The notes under the pieces: generated by a model
The model's database searches: none
What the model was told of the DNA's origin: nothing
The model's input: the letters and a program-made list of their open reading frames with translations, nothing else
Translations under genes and position numbers: made by a program
Assembly (NCBI RefSeq): GCF_006345805.1
Contig: NC_043001.1
Span: 52,390,001 to 52,454,000, forward strand
Source of the DNA: Octopus sinensis
Lineage: Eukaryota
Length of the DNA: 64,000 nucleotides
Direction: 5' to 3'
Shown: one piece after another, positions 51,640-64,000 of the stretch
Layout of the letters: the number at the start of each line of letters is the position of its first letter
Numbering within the stretch: position 1 is the first letter of the stretch

Positions 51640-54600
51640 TGTTTAGTAAGTAGTTGAAGAAACTGAAACTATCTCTACTCAAACAAATTTTAATTCCTAA
51701 TTCTTGCGAAAACTGTGATAAGAAATCAACAGAAGATTAATTTTGACCCAGTAGTGCCTGCAACGACCTGTGGGAAAACAAATGATTTCTCGTGAGAGCA
51801 GTATAAATTTCTCCTGCGATTCTATTGAATATATACGCACGTACACATGCATCCTGCGATTTTATTAAATTCATGGAGAACTCAGAATTTACGCACACAC
51901 TTTTGACTTTTCACTCTCCCTTTAAAACTAACGACTATACTATTCAAGACTATACGTATCAAACTATTACAGAATTTCGCAAAACTCAAACACAAGTTCA
52001 CCTTCGAACTACAAATTTGCTCATCAAAGCAAAAAGTTCTGCTCTATCATACACATATCATTTACATATTTTATCTTCAAGCATCTGTAAATATTTATCT
52101 CTAACCCAATACAATCTACATTAATTCTCCACTATTGTAGCATACATTTCTACGCAACTAAACACTAGCGCAAGGAGTAAATCAATAATTAACAAAGAAA
52201 TATATTAACAAACAAATATATTAAAAAAGGAGGTGAAAAATCTCTAAGATGACTACTCAGCAACAAAAATCTAAACAAAATTGTTCTGAGAATGAAATAG
52301 AACTTCTGATAAATTCCTGGTACTGTCGTCCCCAAAGGGAGAACATAGACACATCATGCCACGACCTGATAACCAAAAGTACAATTCATCTTTCTAGAAA
52401 TCGCTCCGAGAAGCAGATTCAAAACAAAATTAAACAAATTGAAATTAATAGACATTTCGTAAAACTCCAACGTGTTTTCTCTTCAAATACTGGTCAACAG
52501 CAACAATAACCATTGCCACCACGGCAACCACCTCGGCATCAAAAACGACAGTCACCACAGCAACAACAACAACCATCACAGCAACAACAACAACCTCAGC
52601 AAAAGCAACAATCACCACAGCAACAACAACAACAACCACAGCAACAACAACAACAACCACAGCAGGAACAACTGACCCAGCCTCAACCTTTAACACTCCT
52701 TAATTCAAGCACCATTGATAACCTACTTGATGACACGGTCAACTCAGACTCCAGCTGTTCACAGCCTATTCAACCAAAGTCTTGTTACCAACCCATCAAA
52801 TCTTCAACGGCAGTAACAATTACAGGAACAAGAATCATAACAACAAACATGAACAACTACAGCTACAACAACCACCCTCAAAACAGCCACAGACAGCTTC
52901 AACATACTACTATTAACCAACTTTCTTACTGAAATGCTTATCTGAAGACCCCTTAATGAATTTCCCAAACCTAAATGTACACAAATTAAAATCTATACCT
53001 CTCATAGCCTACACACGAAACCCCAAAGTATGCTGCTATTCACTACGCAAGACGCTGTGCACTGACATTGATTGTAAATTCACTCACCTACCAGGGACTA
53101 GACGCTCAATTCCTACTCACAACAGCCGCTACCACCAAATTGCACAATCTAAAACAACGTCATTGCCACCACCCTAACCAAATACTAAATCCATTTAAAA
53201 AAAAAACACTCATGTTACACAGAACCCTAAAGTCTGCCTCTAATCCCAGCGTAAAGAATTATGTCTACAGCATAATTGTCCATTTACCCATCTTGCAGGG
53301 TCTCGTCACACAAATAAAAATTTAAACGGGGGATCTTTTCGGTTTGAACGGCAGTTTTTTCTAGCGGTGTCATATGAAATTGTCACCCATAATTATGACC
53401 CTAGTATCGATCTATAGCATTTCAATCTGTTTTAGGGTTAGGGTTAGTTAGGGTTAGGGTTAGAGGAGGGGGGAAGGGTATTTTTTTTCTTCACAAATGT
53501 AAATAAACCCAATCTGTTTCTTAAACGAGGGACATATTCATACGGCACATAATGTTTTCACCTCAATAGACTGGTTAAAAGTGCAGAAATTGAAGAAAAA
53601 AAACAACAAATATCTTACAAACTATAAAATTTTCTCGGTAAAGCCAAGAGAAAAAGATGTTTTATAAACACATTCTACCAGTATACGAAGTTTAAAAGTG
53701 TTTAGTTACGTGGAAATTATATTAAAAAACTGCCATTCAAACCGAAAACATCTTAAACGGGATCCTAACCAATACAAAACCCACAACAGTTCTCCAAACA
53801 GAATTTTTTTAGCCATAATGAATCTGGCGAAAGAGCTGCAAAAGAACATTCTAACCATCACACAATGTCACCCCCATCCCCACCCTATTGCACAAAGTCC
53901 CACTGCTACCATTAACAAGCAAATCACCAAAACAGTCGTCAAAATCAGTCAACACTATCGCCTCAACATTTTTTCTCAATGCACAAAGCATCAGCTCCCC
54001 CACCAATACCCAAAAATGGAAGATCCTATTTTTGAGGACTGGGTAATTGACCATCCACATCATTTCCCCTCCTCGCCCTCACAGAAACCCATTTCAATAA
54101 CCTCCACTTAGAATCTGAGATGTGAGTGAAGAATTTTAAAATCATCTGTGCAAATCGTGTCGGCAGAATGGTGGGACCGCCATTTCCGTGCACGATACTT
54201 TTTCGGCTGAAGCAATGGACGTACTTACCAATGGATTCTGTGTATAGTGAAACCAACGATTTAATAGTAGTAGGGCTCTATAGGCCATCCCTAACTCCCT
54301 TACTACGCTTCAATGAATGCCTCAACAGGATTGTTTCATCCATCTGTCATGCTGACAACATATTAATGATGGGGGAATACAATCTTCCCATTGTTGATTG
54401 GTCCACAAACAGCTTGAAACCAGGGTTTTTTCCACCTCAACCCCTGATAAGACGCATTCGAATTGCATTTTGACTTGATGGATGAGATTTTCCTGACCCA
54501 GCATGTTCTGACACTATCCTCAATATTGCAGTGGAAAAAAACACCGCTACTCTCAGATCATGACATGCTTCTCTGCGATCTGAGATTCTACCACCCAAAG

Positions 54601-56798
54601 ATCAAATCCAATAACATCTCTCCAGTCCATCTATTTGGCACTATGGGTCTTCATAACGCAGACTGCGATGCGATCACTCATGATATTTCACAAATTGATT
54701 GGGCCTTCGCGCACGCACACACCCCACCCACATAAACACATCATGGCAGACATTTGTCGATACTGTAACAAATATGGGCGCAAAACATACTCCATTAAGA
54801 TCAGTATGCAAATGTAAGTGCAGAATCCCTAGAAATAGAAGAGCAATCAGAAAAATATAAAGAACTCAGCCAACTTATATACTGCCAGTGGCAACGCATC
54901 AGTGCCACTGTCATTGCATCACTCGAATCGAAAAAATACAACCTCCAAAAAAGCATGATGCCTATCACTAACAAACAAAGAACAGCTGAAGAGAGTTGGG
55001 CCATTGAGAAATAAAACTTAATCCCCAAATGTTCTTTCCATTTGCAAAAAAAAAAACAAACACACAACATAAAGACGCTGTTTCCACTGTTGGTCTTCTG
55101 GTTGATGAGAACACTCTACATGATGATGCAAAATCCATTTGCGAGATACTGCAGATACTATACTGCTCTGTCTTCAGTAACGCTAATTCGGTTGATCTAG
55201 CTAGCATCAGTGATGTAAACCCTCAACTAACCATATCTGACATAACTTTTGGTGCTCCTGATATCCTAACAGAAATACGTAATTCAAGCACAATTCCGCA
55301 GTATGTCCCGATAAGTTCCTGGTCACTCTCCTGAAGGTGCGTCGACATCAAATTGTACCCCCTCTCGGTGAGCTCTGGAGAAACCCACTTGATGCAGGCT
55401 ACATCCCTGATCATTTTCGTTCTTAGTCTGTCGTTCCAGTCTTCAAAGAGGGAAAGAAATCTTTGCAGTGAACTACCGTCCTATTTCACTCACCTCTCAT
55501 ATCATTAAAGTATTTGAGAAAGTGGTGAGATCGCGAATAACACACTTCCTCAAGGACAACAATCTGCTGAACCCCAACCAGCATGGTTTTCGTGATGGCA
55601 GGGACTGCCTGTCGCAACGTCTGCACCATTTTGATGACATTTTAAAAGCGTTGGGAGAAGGCTTGATTTCAGCAAGGCATTTGACAGAGTCGACCACAAA
55701 ATCCTGCTCCAACTATCCAACATTGGAGCCCGTGCAAAGCTGATGCAGTGGATAAAGTGTTTCTTGACGAAAAGAACCCAGCATGTTGTGTCTGACGGAA
55801 TACGATCCAGCTCAGCCAAAGTCAGACGTCATAAAACTTTCTACATTGAAAATGTTTACCAATTTTCAATGTAGAAAGCCATAAACGGTATGGGAGACTG
55901 AAAATACATTCAATTATATCTGTTTGCTGTTGTCCAATGGGCCGAAAAATCAATATGCTTCTAAATGAAGACAAGCTTGATTTGATCCACTTTGGAAAAG
56001 AGGATACTCTGAAATTACTATACGCTCTCCCCCCGGGCAACTCCGTAGTGTCATCCAACAACACCAGAGACCTTGGAGTAATTGTTAATAACAATATAAG
56101 CTGGAGTTCCCACGTAAACAGCGATGTTGATTTGGCCCGCAAGCTGTGCTCATGGATTCTGAGAACTTTCCGGACTAGAGATGCCTACACCAACATCATT
56201 CTCTACTCCACGTTTGCCCGACCCCACTTTGAATACTGTTGCCCACTGTGGTCTCCCCAAATGAAGCAACTCATTATGAAAGTGGAAGCACTCCAGAGGT
56301 CAAAAACAAGAAAGATAGACGGCATGAGAGGCATTGAATATTGGGGTCGACTAAAAAACCTCAATCTCTACTGTCTCCAATGCCGCCGGGAGCGCTACAT
56401 TATTTTTGTGATGTGAAACATATTCCATCAATATTGTACAAATTATGTTGACATCAAATTTAAAATCCATCCAAGACTTGGCCCCTGTGCTATCCGCCAA
56501 CTACAAAGATTGAACTAAGGACACATAGCAACATTACGTCACAATTACTTTACCTTAACCGGTTCAGCTTACCAAAATACGTCAAAATGGAAATGGATCA
56601 CATAAAATTCAAAAGTTCACTGCGTAAATTTCTTCAAAAAATCCCAGATCAACCTCCTACACTCGGAGATGTCTCCAGCAACAATAACCCTTTGCTAGAG
56701 TGGGTCATGGTGCACCATATATGACTAAAAGAATTCACCAGGTGGTGCTATCAAGTTAGACATGGCCTGGGCCTATACTAGCCGAAACTTATGAAAGT

Positions 56799-56800
<2 letters not shown>
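51640..56800 (+). mobile_element. Near full-length, inactivated CR1-like LINE (ORF1 ~52249-54110; ORF2 APE plus RT ~54112-56700)
   Basis: APE motifs VVGLYRPS and MMGEYNLPIVDW and SDH. RT motifs NYRPISLTSHIIKVFEKVV and NPNQHGFRDGRDCLSQ. C-terminal RDLGVIV...RPHFEYCCPLWSP...LQCRRERY. The 5' boundary is approximate. Confidence 0.92.
53331..53753. mobile_element. 423-bp MITE with ~30-bp TIRs and 8-bp TSD (taaacggg), inserted in CR1 ORF1; Merlin- or hAT-type
   Basis: Left ggatcttttcggtttgaacggcagtttttt; right aaaaaactgccattcaaaccgaaaacatct. taaacggg at 53323-53330 and 53754-53761. Contains TTAGGG repeats at 53432-53463. Confidence 0.88.
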
Positions 56801-56883
<83 letters not shown>

Positions 56884-56886
<3 letters not shown>

Positions 56887-57365
56887 ACAAATTAATAAAT
56901 AAAACACATGCATATATACATATATGTACGTACCTACATCTACATGTATATATTCATGCATATATGGGTACAGGACACCAACAAACGTCGAACACAATGA
57001 GAAACGAAAACATAAACACAAAACCAAGGAACTGGACATTTTTCTTAAACAACGAAAAAATAGAGTAGAGGACAAATAATACAAAGAAAATTACCCTTCT
57101 TCAGTCGCCAAACGTGGAGTAGATGAAACCATGGCGATTGAAGAAGGGGAATTTTCCTTGTGTTATTTGCTCTGTACTCTATTTTTCGTTGTTGAAGAAA
57201 AATGTCCAGTTCCTTGGTTTTGTTTTTATGTTTTCGTTTCTCATTGTATTCGACGTTTTTTTTTTTGTGTCCTGTACCCATATACGCATGTATATATACA
57301 TATAGATGTAGGTACGTATATATATGTGTGTATATATGCATGTGTTTTATTTATTAATTTGTTAT
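56884..57365. repeat. ~480-bp fold-back (arms ~230 bp, 21-nt loop at 57111-57131) made from the CT-rich repeat family
   Basis: Examples: taacaaattaataaataaaacacatgcatatat / atatatgcatgtgttttatttattaatttgtta and cttcttcagtcgcca / tggcgattgaagaag. Confidence 0.93.
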
Positions 57366-57411
57366 TACACGACAGAATGCACGCATCCATTTCTAAGTAA
57401 GTTTGTTCTTC

Positions 57412-57480
<69 letters not shown>

Positions 57481-57484
<4 letters not shown>

Positions 57485-57969
57485 AAAAAACAAGTCAAAA
57501 TAGAAAATGCTAAAATAATTTTATAAAGAACATTTCAGTACCGGTTTCGGTCATTTTCTTTATCACTAATGCTTTTTAGTAAAACACCTACGCAAATTCC
57601 ATAAAAACAAACCTCTCAATAGAAATATTCTCCTGAATTGAACTGCAACTGCTAGCCATCACTGACCATTCAAAATACAACAATCAAGGCACTCCCAAAT
57701 TTTTCCACCCCCTCTCCTCATCAGCCTTCTTCTTCTTCTACCCTACCAAGAATTCACAACGACCTCGAACACACAAGTGCAAACAAGGGAGTCAGAGAAA
57801 GGCAGAATGCCACTTATATCTGAACACTATACAAATATTCCTTTAAAAAAACTTTTCTTCTAATTTTTCTAAATTTAATTATTTAATCGTTACAGTTGAA
57901 AAGGTCTCAAAATGAAATGTTCTTTATAAAATTATTTTAGCATTTTCTATTTTGACTTGTTTTTTCATA
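57481..57969. mobile_element. 489-bp unit with perfect 57-bp inverted ends, flanked by (TA)n; MITE or PLE fragment with inverted terminal repeat
   Basis: 57481-57537 is the exact reverse complement of 57913-57969. gtaccggtttcgg (minus strand ccGAAAccggTA) lies just inside the left arm. Confidence 0.7.
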
Positions 57970-58000
57970 TATATCAACTCGTGTGTTCCTTTTCACCCTT

Positions 58001-58053
<53 letters not shown>

Positions 58054-58061
58054 TAGGTAGG

Positions 58062-58123
<62 letters not shown>

Positions 58124-58134
58124 CACACACACAA

Positions 58135-58275
58135 CAGGTTTCTTTCAGTTTCCGAATCCAATCAAAAGGCTTTGGTCAAAGACCTGCCCAAGTTGTCACG
58201 CAGCGAGTCTGTACCCGGAGCCACGTGCGTGTTTCTGAAGCAAGCTTGTTACCACACGGTCACGTCTGTGCTTAT
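58135..58275 (-). mobile_element. Decayed SINE of a third family
   Basis: ggtttctttcagtttccg...ggctttggtc...gcccaag..gtcacgcag...aagcaagcttgttaccacac; recognised from recalled octopus-type SINE sequence. Confidence 0.55.
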
Positions 58276-58800
58276 ATATACTCGTATATATGTATGTGTG
58301 TGTGTGTGTCCGTAGACTGGTGTCGGGGAAATGAGAAGCGCAGTAGTCAGTACATGAATTAAAGATATGTTTTTTTATTGGAACAGAAATTATAGTTTAT
58401 CTCGCCACTCAAATTTGCGCCGCTACCATCGCCAACGATCCAGTTCCAGTATGATAACTCTGATGTATCATATATGTGTATTTATATGTATAGACACATC
58501 TCTCTCTTTCTCTTTCTCTTTCTTTCTCTCTCTCTCTCTCTGTACATATATATATATTATATATATATATTATATATATATATAATGCAGGCTGACATTA
58601 GTAAAACCGTTGCGTTAGTTTAGCGATCAATAAAATTGGAAGACAAATGAAGAGTTTATCACGTTTTTAAAGATTAGTTAAGAATTATTTCGGTAGCTAC
58701 TTTCTCAAATTACTTCGCTTTGTGATGGAGATTTCAGAAACCAGTATATTTGTTCCAGCTTATTGACAAATCACAGCGATATTTTAGAATAATTTAAATA

Positions 58801-58843
<43 letters not shown>

Positions 58844-59379
58844 TATATTATATATATATATATATATAATATATATATATATATATACCTACCAAATCCC
58901 CAGCCTTGCTTCTTACCAATAGATAACACTAGTCACAAGCAACTATTCATTCAACAAGCAATTATCACATACAAAGAAGACAAATATGTAAGCACATTTC
59001 CCGAATGGCAAGTGATAACAATAATCTGCAAATAATACAGTAGATGTGTAATCGATTATGCTAACACTTTCTCGGCACACCCTTACCCTATGAAATATAA
59101 TAAACAATAAAATAAAAAATACATTTTACTTATCGTTGGATTTTGCACATAAACAGCTTCTATATTCAGCCTTCACCTGCGTAACAAAAGAACAATGCTA
59201 AACTTAATATCCTGTTCGGCATACAAATGGAACTGTTATATAGTGACTTCCAGACAGTGTCGTTTACTCGTACATCACTCCAGAACACTGCAGCAACACT
59301 ATATGATCAGTAACTCGGCTATTCCGTTCAGCAAGCATAAGAAAATATATACAAGAAATATGAATTAATAATAATGGTT

Positions 59380-59583
59380 TCAAATTTTGGCACAAAGCCA
59401 GTAATTTCAGGTGAGAAGTAAGTTGATTTCATCAGGTCCAACCTCGGTTGGTACGTATTTTATCAACCCTGAATTGATGAAATGTAAAGTCAACCTCGGC
59501 GGAATTTGAATTCAGAACTTAAAAAGATGAAATTCCATTAAACTTTTGCCCGGCGTGCTAATGATTTTCCCAGCACGCCGCCT
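59380..59583 (-). mobile_element. Decayed tRNA-derived SINE
   Basis: cccggcgtgctaatg...cagcacgccgcct head and ggcggaatttgaattcagaac B-box region. Confidence 0.8.
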
Positions 59584-59603
59584 AATATATGTTCATAATA
59601 ATA

Positions 59604-60868
59604 CGAGGGGCGTTCAATAAGTAATGCCCCTGACCCACTTGCAGTTGTTTGATCTAGCTGAAATTTTGCATGTGCACTTATTTATACCTCTATAGATTAA
59701 GTGGTGAATTACACTTCTAATTGTGGTTTCTGATTTACAGGTGTTTGAACTGAGTTAAGTGTGAAATGGAGCCTGTTGAGTGTCGAGCAGTGATCTGGTT
59801 TTTGTATTTGAAAGGACGCACACCACGGGAGACTTTTGATGAAATGAAAGTAACTTATGGTGATGATGCCCCATCATATGACCTTGTAAAACGCTGGCAT
59901 TGTGAATTCAAACATAGTCGGAACTCTGTGGAAACAGCTCCCAGATCTGGTCGCCCCCTTCTGCCGTTGATGAGACGTCTGTCCGTCAAGTTGAGGCTGC
60001 CATTTTAGAAGGTCAACGCATAACTATTCGCCAAATAGCCCATAAGTTCAAGATTAGTACCGGGTCTGTGGAAACTATCATTCATGACCATTTGCATACG
60101 CAAAAGGTGTCTGCCAGATGGATTTCCAGGCTGCTCACACCTTTCCAGAAGCAAGAATGCGTTGAGTGCTCGAGGATGAATTTGGAGATGTGCCAAGAAG
60201 ATGAGTCAAAATTTTTCAAAAGACTGATCACACAGGATAAAACCTGGGTCCATCACTATGATCCATAGACCAAAGCCCAGTCAATGCAGTGAAAGCACCG
60301 TGACTCACCTCCTCCAAAGAAGGCAAGGGTGCAGCCCTCCGCTGACAACGTTATGCTCACAGTCTTCTGGGACCAGGACGGAGTAGTGATGGCAGATTTC
60401 CTGGCAAAGGGTACCACAATTACAGGAGCCTATTATGCTTCACTTTTGAGGAAATTAAGAGAAGCTATCAAAATCAAGAGGTGGGGCAAGATCAGCAAAG
60501 GCATTCTCCTCCTGCAGGACAACGCTCCGGTCCACAACTCGCGTGTCGCCAGATCAGAAGCACAGGCGTGCAGCTATGAACTCCTCCCCTTGCATCCTCT
60601 GATTTTCACCTCTTCCCAGCCATGAAGTTGATTTTGAAAGGAAAGCGTTTCCTAGATGATGCAGCCTTGATTTCTGAAGTCACGTCGTGGTTGGAGGACC
60701 AAGCTGGGGTCTTCTACAAAAACGGTCTCCAGAGCTGTATCAAACGATGGGAGAAATGCATAACTCTGGGTAGTTCCTATGTAGGAAAAGACTAATAACT
60801 GTGCCAAGTATCGTTGCTCTACTGCTATGGGAGGTGGGTCAGGGGCATTACTTATTGAACGTCCCTCG
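59604..60868 (+). mobile_element. Full-length mariner DNA transposon (1265 bp, irritans-like TIRs, TA TSD); transposase inactivated
   Basis: TA|cgaggggcgttcaataagtaatgcccctgaccca ... tgggtcaggggcattacttattgaacgtccctcg|TA. Transposase pieces from ATG 59766: APRSGRP, SARWISRLLT, ITQDKTWVHHYDP, LLQDNAPVH, SDFHLF. Frameshifts, stops and loss of the HPPYSPD segment. Confidence 0.96.
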
Positions 60869-61635
60869 TAAGCACACCTTTGTTCGATTACAGTTTCCGA
60901 ATCCAATCAGTCGCCAAACGCGGAGTAGATGAAACCATGGCGATTGAAGAAGGGGAATTTTCCTTGTGTTTATGTTTTCGTTTCTCATTGTGTTCGACGT
61001 TTTTTTTTTCATCTTTTAAGTGAATGAAAGTTATCATTTTCGTATGTAGGATCAAAAATTACACCAGTTATTAGTCTCTAGCCACAATAACATCAATATT
61101 TATAATTCTGAAATGAGATTGTTTGTTTGTTTGTCTGGTTTGGGCATTGGAACGGGTTAAAAGGCACTAGATTCCGTCGGATTGACTCCAAAATTTACAG
61201 GAACATGTAAAATGCGGCGAGGATGTCAGTGGGCTAGGTTACAAATCCCTATCTGCCTGTCTTCCCCCGACTCTCTCTCTCTCCTCCGTTCCTTTCAAAT
61301 TCTCTCTATTACGTCGTTTGACAGCGTCTACTATCTTCCCCCCAGCCACATTCGCCAGCTCTTTCTTTCACATCGTATCTCTCGCTCTACGTCTGTCTGC
61401 ATTCACAGAGAGAATTATTATCGCCACACAACACAATCATGAAAACAAATATTATGAATCAGATATTTATTGGGTTAATTTATATCTGTGTGTATGTGTG
61501 GTCTATATATAAATATGTATATATGATGTATATATACAAAGTGTATATATCTGTATCTATATATATATGTATATATATATATAATTTGTATACATTTTAT
61601 ATATATGCGTACACAACACACACACACACACACCA

Positions 61636-61689
<54 letters not shown>

Positions 61690-61860
61690 AAACATATATA
61701 TATAAAATGTGTGCATTATGTGGTCGATTGAGCTGCAAATAAGCACACCTATGTTAAAAGTGCTGGCGAGTTTGTTTGGCAACTATTTTTTATCCGCAAA
61801 TGAAAGGCGTGACCTCTAAGACAAAATTCCTCATCTTATAAAATGTGGGCCGAGTAGACC

Positions 61861-62488
61861 CGAAAACAAATAGAGAAACGAGACAGGCAACATAAAGAAA
61901 ATTCCCCTCATCAGTTTCCCCCGTCTTATCTACTCCGCGTTTAGAAGGTAGATACAAGACGCGACCTCGTTAAAACAGTCCTACCCGCAAAACAAATTAA
62001 ATCTATTTTGTTTTTTTTGTGTGGAGGGTTAAATTGGCAACAAAAACAGGACAGTAAAAAAAACGGTAGAGACAAACAGTGAGGGCTGTTAAGCCATACG
62101 AGGTGAAATAATGAACGCTGGGAAAACGAGGTTTGAGAAGAGACAGGCAAAAGCACGCCATGTCCTCAGGAAGGAAGGGAAGAAAGAAAGATAGATAGCC
62201 GTTCATCACGTGTGAGCAACGAGGGAATCAAGGAGGAAGAGTGAGAGAGAGAGAGGGAATGGTGAAGGGGAAGGAGAAGAATTGGAGAGAGAGTGGGAGT
62301 GAAAAACAGAAAGAAAGAAGAACAAGAGAGGGTGGTAGAATAGAGATAGGCTGCAGATTGCATATCGGAATTATTATCATAAAACTTACTTGGAAATGGA
62401 TGCGTCGCGTTCGGTCATATAATAAATAATATAATGTGATATAATATATATATGCATATATTATATATATGTATATATATGTATATAT

Positions 62489-62536
<48 letters not shown>

Positions 62537-63393
62537 TGAGTTGTGGGGTATCGCACGAGGGAATTATATACGAAAGAAGGTTTGAAAATGCAATTTAAAA
62601 GAGGTTATTTACTTAACCGGTTTCACTCTTTGGTAAAAGATGTCAAAAGTAACATTGAATAATATGGGTTCAAAAACGTTTTTTACATAATTGTCACATT
62701 GAATATTATGAATTCAAAAATGTTTTTTTATACATAATGTCACATTACATGTATAAATATAGTGTTTTGCTGTCTGCCTGAAGCAGACCTTTCCGTTCTC
62801 ACTGCCTGATATTTATGATTGAACTTTCAAATATTTTCTTTCTCAACTTACTCAAGATCTTTTGTTTTTTATAAATGGAGAGAGAGAGAGATAGAGAAAA
62901 ATAGAGAGTAAGAGAAAGCGAGGGAGGGTCCGAGAGAGAGGAAGAGTAAGAGAGGGAAAGTGATAGAGAAAGGAGAGAGAAACTAAGCTGGAGAATGGGT
63001 GATAAAAAACAGAAAGGAAGCAACAGAAGTAACAACCACACTCGGGTGACCTTAAGCTAGTCAGAGCGGGTGTCCTTAAGCTAGTCAGTCATATATTTCA
63101 AGTTGAAAAGGCCTGGCGATTCTTAACAGAAGATAAATGATACAACTTCCTATTATAATTTACAAATAAGAATGTATGTCTGTTATAAAGTCATATGTCA
63201 TATTTAATTGTATGTGACTGTTCTGTTATTTTTTATTTCTATTGAATTATTTCATTTTGTTTCTATTTTTACTTTAAGACGCTTTTAAACTAAAAAAAAA
63301 AACACTCATTCTACTTTATAATTTTTTATAATTCAATGCATGAATTCGCGCAGCTGCATCTAATTTATTCTTCAATAAATAAATTGAATATTC
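61861..63393 (-). repeat. Right (inverted) copy of the 43812-45340 duplication
   Basis: Continuous reverse-complement match. Confidence 0.95.
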
Positions 63394-64000
63394 TGCCCAA
63401 TGTCAGATGGCCCGAGGGCCTTTCTCTCCCAGGAATGACAAGATGTGAACGAGGACAGGCGAGGTCCCTCCTGAACCTCATCAACACCCTGTACATGGAG
63501 CAGGTAATACTCCAACCAACCAGGGCAGGTAACACACTGGATCTCTGCTTCACAAATGACATGGATCTCATCCATAATGTGAAAGTGACACCGACACTAC
63601 TCTCGGATCACAACATGATAGAGCTGACCATGTACGGGCCAAAAGAGAGCACGGACATGCAGCCTACAAGAAACCCTCAAAATCTTTCCAGCTTGAACTA
63701 CCATAAGGCAAACTGGAAACAAATTGAGAAAGAGATCCTCAAACAAAACTGGCCTAAATGTCTCTCCTCGCAGACATCGACGTGAAACTTCAAACAATTC
63801 ATGTCTGTAATGCAAGCCATATGCTACAAATGTGTCCCAGAGAGAAAGGCCACTGTACACAAGAAAAAATCCCCAGAGAGAGGAAAATTTTAATGAGACG
63901 GCGTACGAAATTTTCAAATCGCCTAAACAAACAGATTGAAAGCAGTGAAAAGTCCCGCCTAAAAATAAAACTGTGGAAATCGAAAAATGTCTGCAACTCT
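63394..64000 (+). mobile_element. Relatively young CR1-like LINE fragment (APE C-terminal part), 5'-truncated, continuing past the window end
   Basis: LPNVRWPEG...MEQVILQPTRAGNTLDLCFTN...LLSDHNMIEL...LNYHKANWKQI, with few disruptions. Confidence 0.9.

Noticed and set aside
53432-53463. Chromosome end or telomere fusion site
   Set aside because: Only 4-5 TTAGGG units, located inside a TIR/TSD-bounded MITE.

Overview
This is AT-rich eukaryotic (animal) DNA with very dense microsatellites and almost no host coding sequence. The tRNA-derived SINE families, R4/Dong LINEs and TTAGGG motif resemble a cephalopod (octopus-like) genome; that is inferred from recalled repeat families and not verified. 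The window is mostly decayed transposons: Tx1/L1-like, CR1-like and R4/Dong-like LINEs, Helitron fragments, a full-length but frameshifted mariner, MITEs, SINEs and probable Penelope-like (PLE) terminal repeats. No intact transposon ORF and no confidently identified host gene were found; two phase-compatible candidate exons (3451-3521, 21692-21761) may belong to a long-intron gene on the + strand. The most unusual content is structural: (1) a 1.75 kb unit with 163-bp, 98% identical inverted ends enclosing a ~1 kb polypyrimidine tract; (2) a 1.8 kb spacer-less palindrome with an internal 239-bp tandem amplification; (3) a ~1.5 kb inverted duplication with copies 16.5 kb apart; (4) further fold-backs and a templated patchwork; (5) a decayed minimal hammerhead ribozyme in a PLE-like end; (6) a CR1 ORF1 with a Myb/SANT-like region and two CCCH fingers. 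Some near-identical inverted structures could be assembly artefacts. All alignments and identities were judged by eye, and most element boundaries are approximate.
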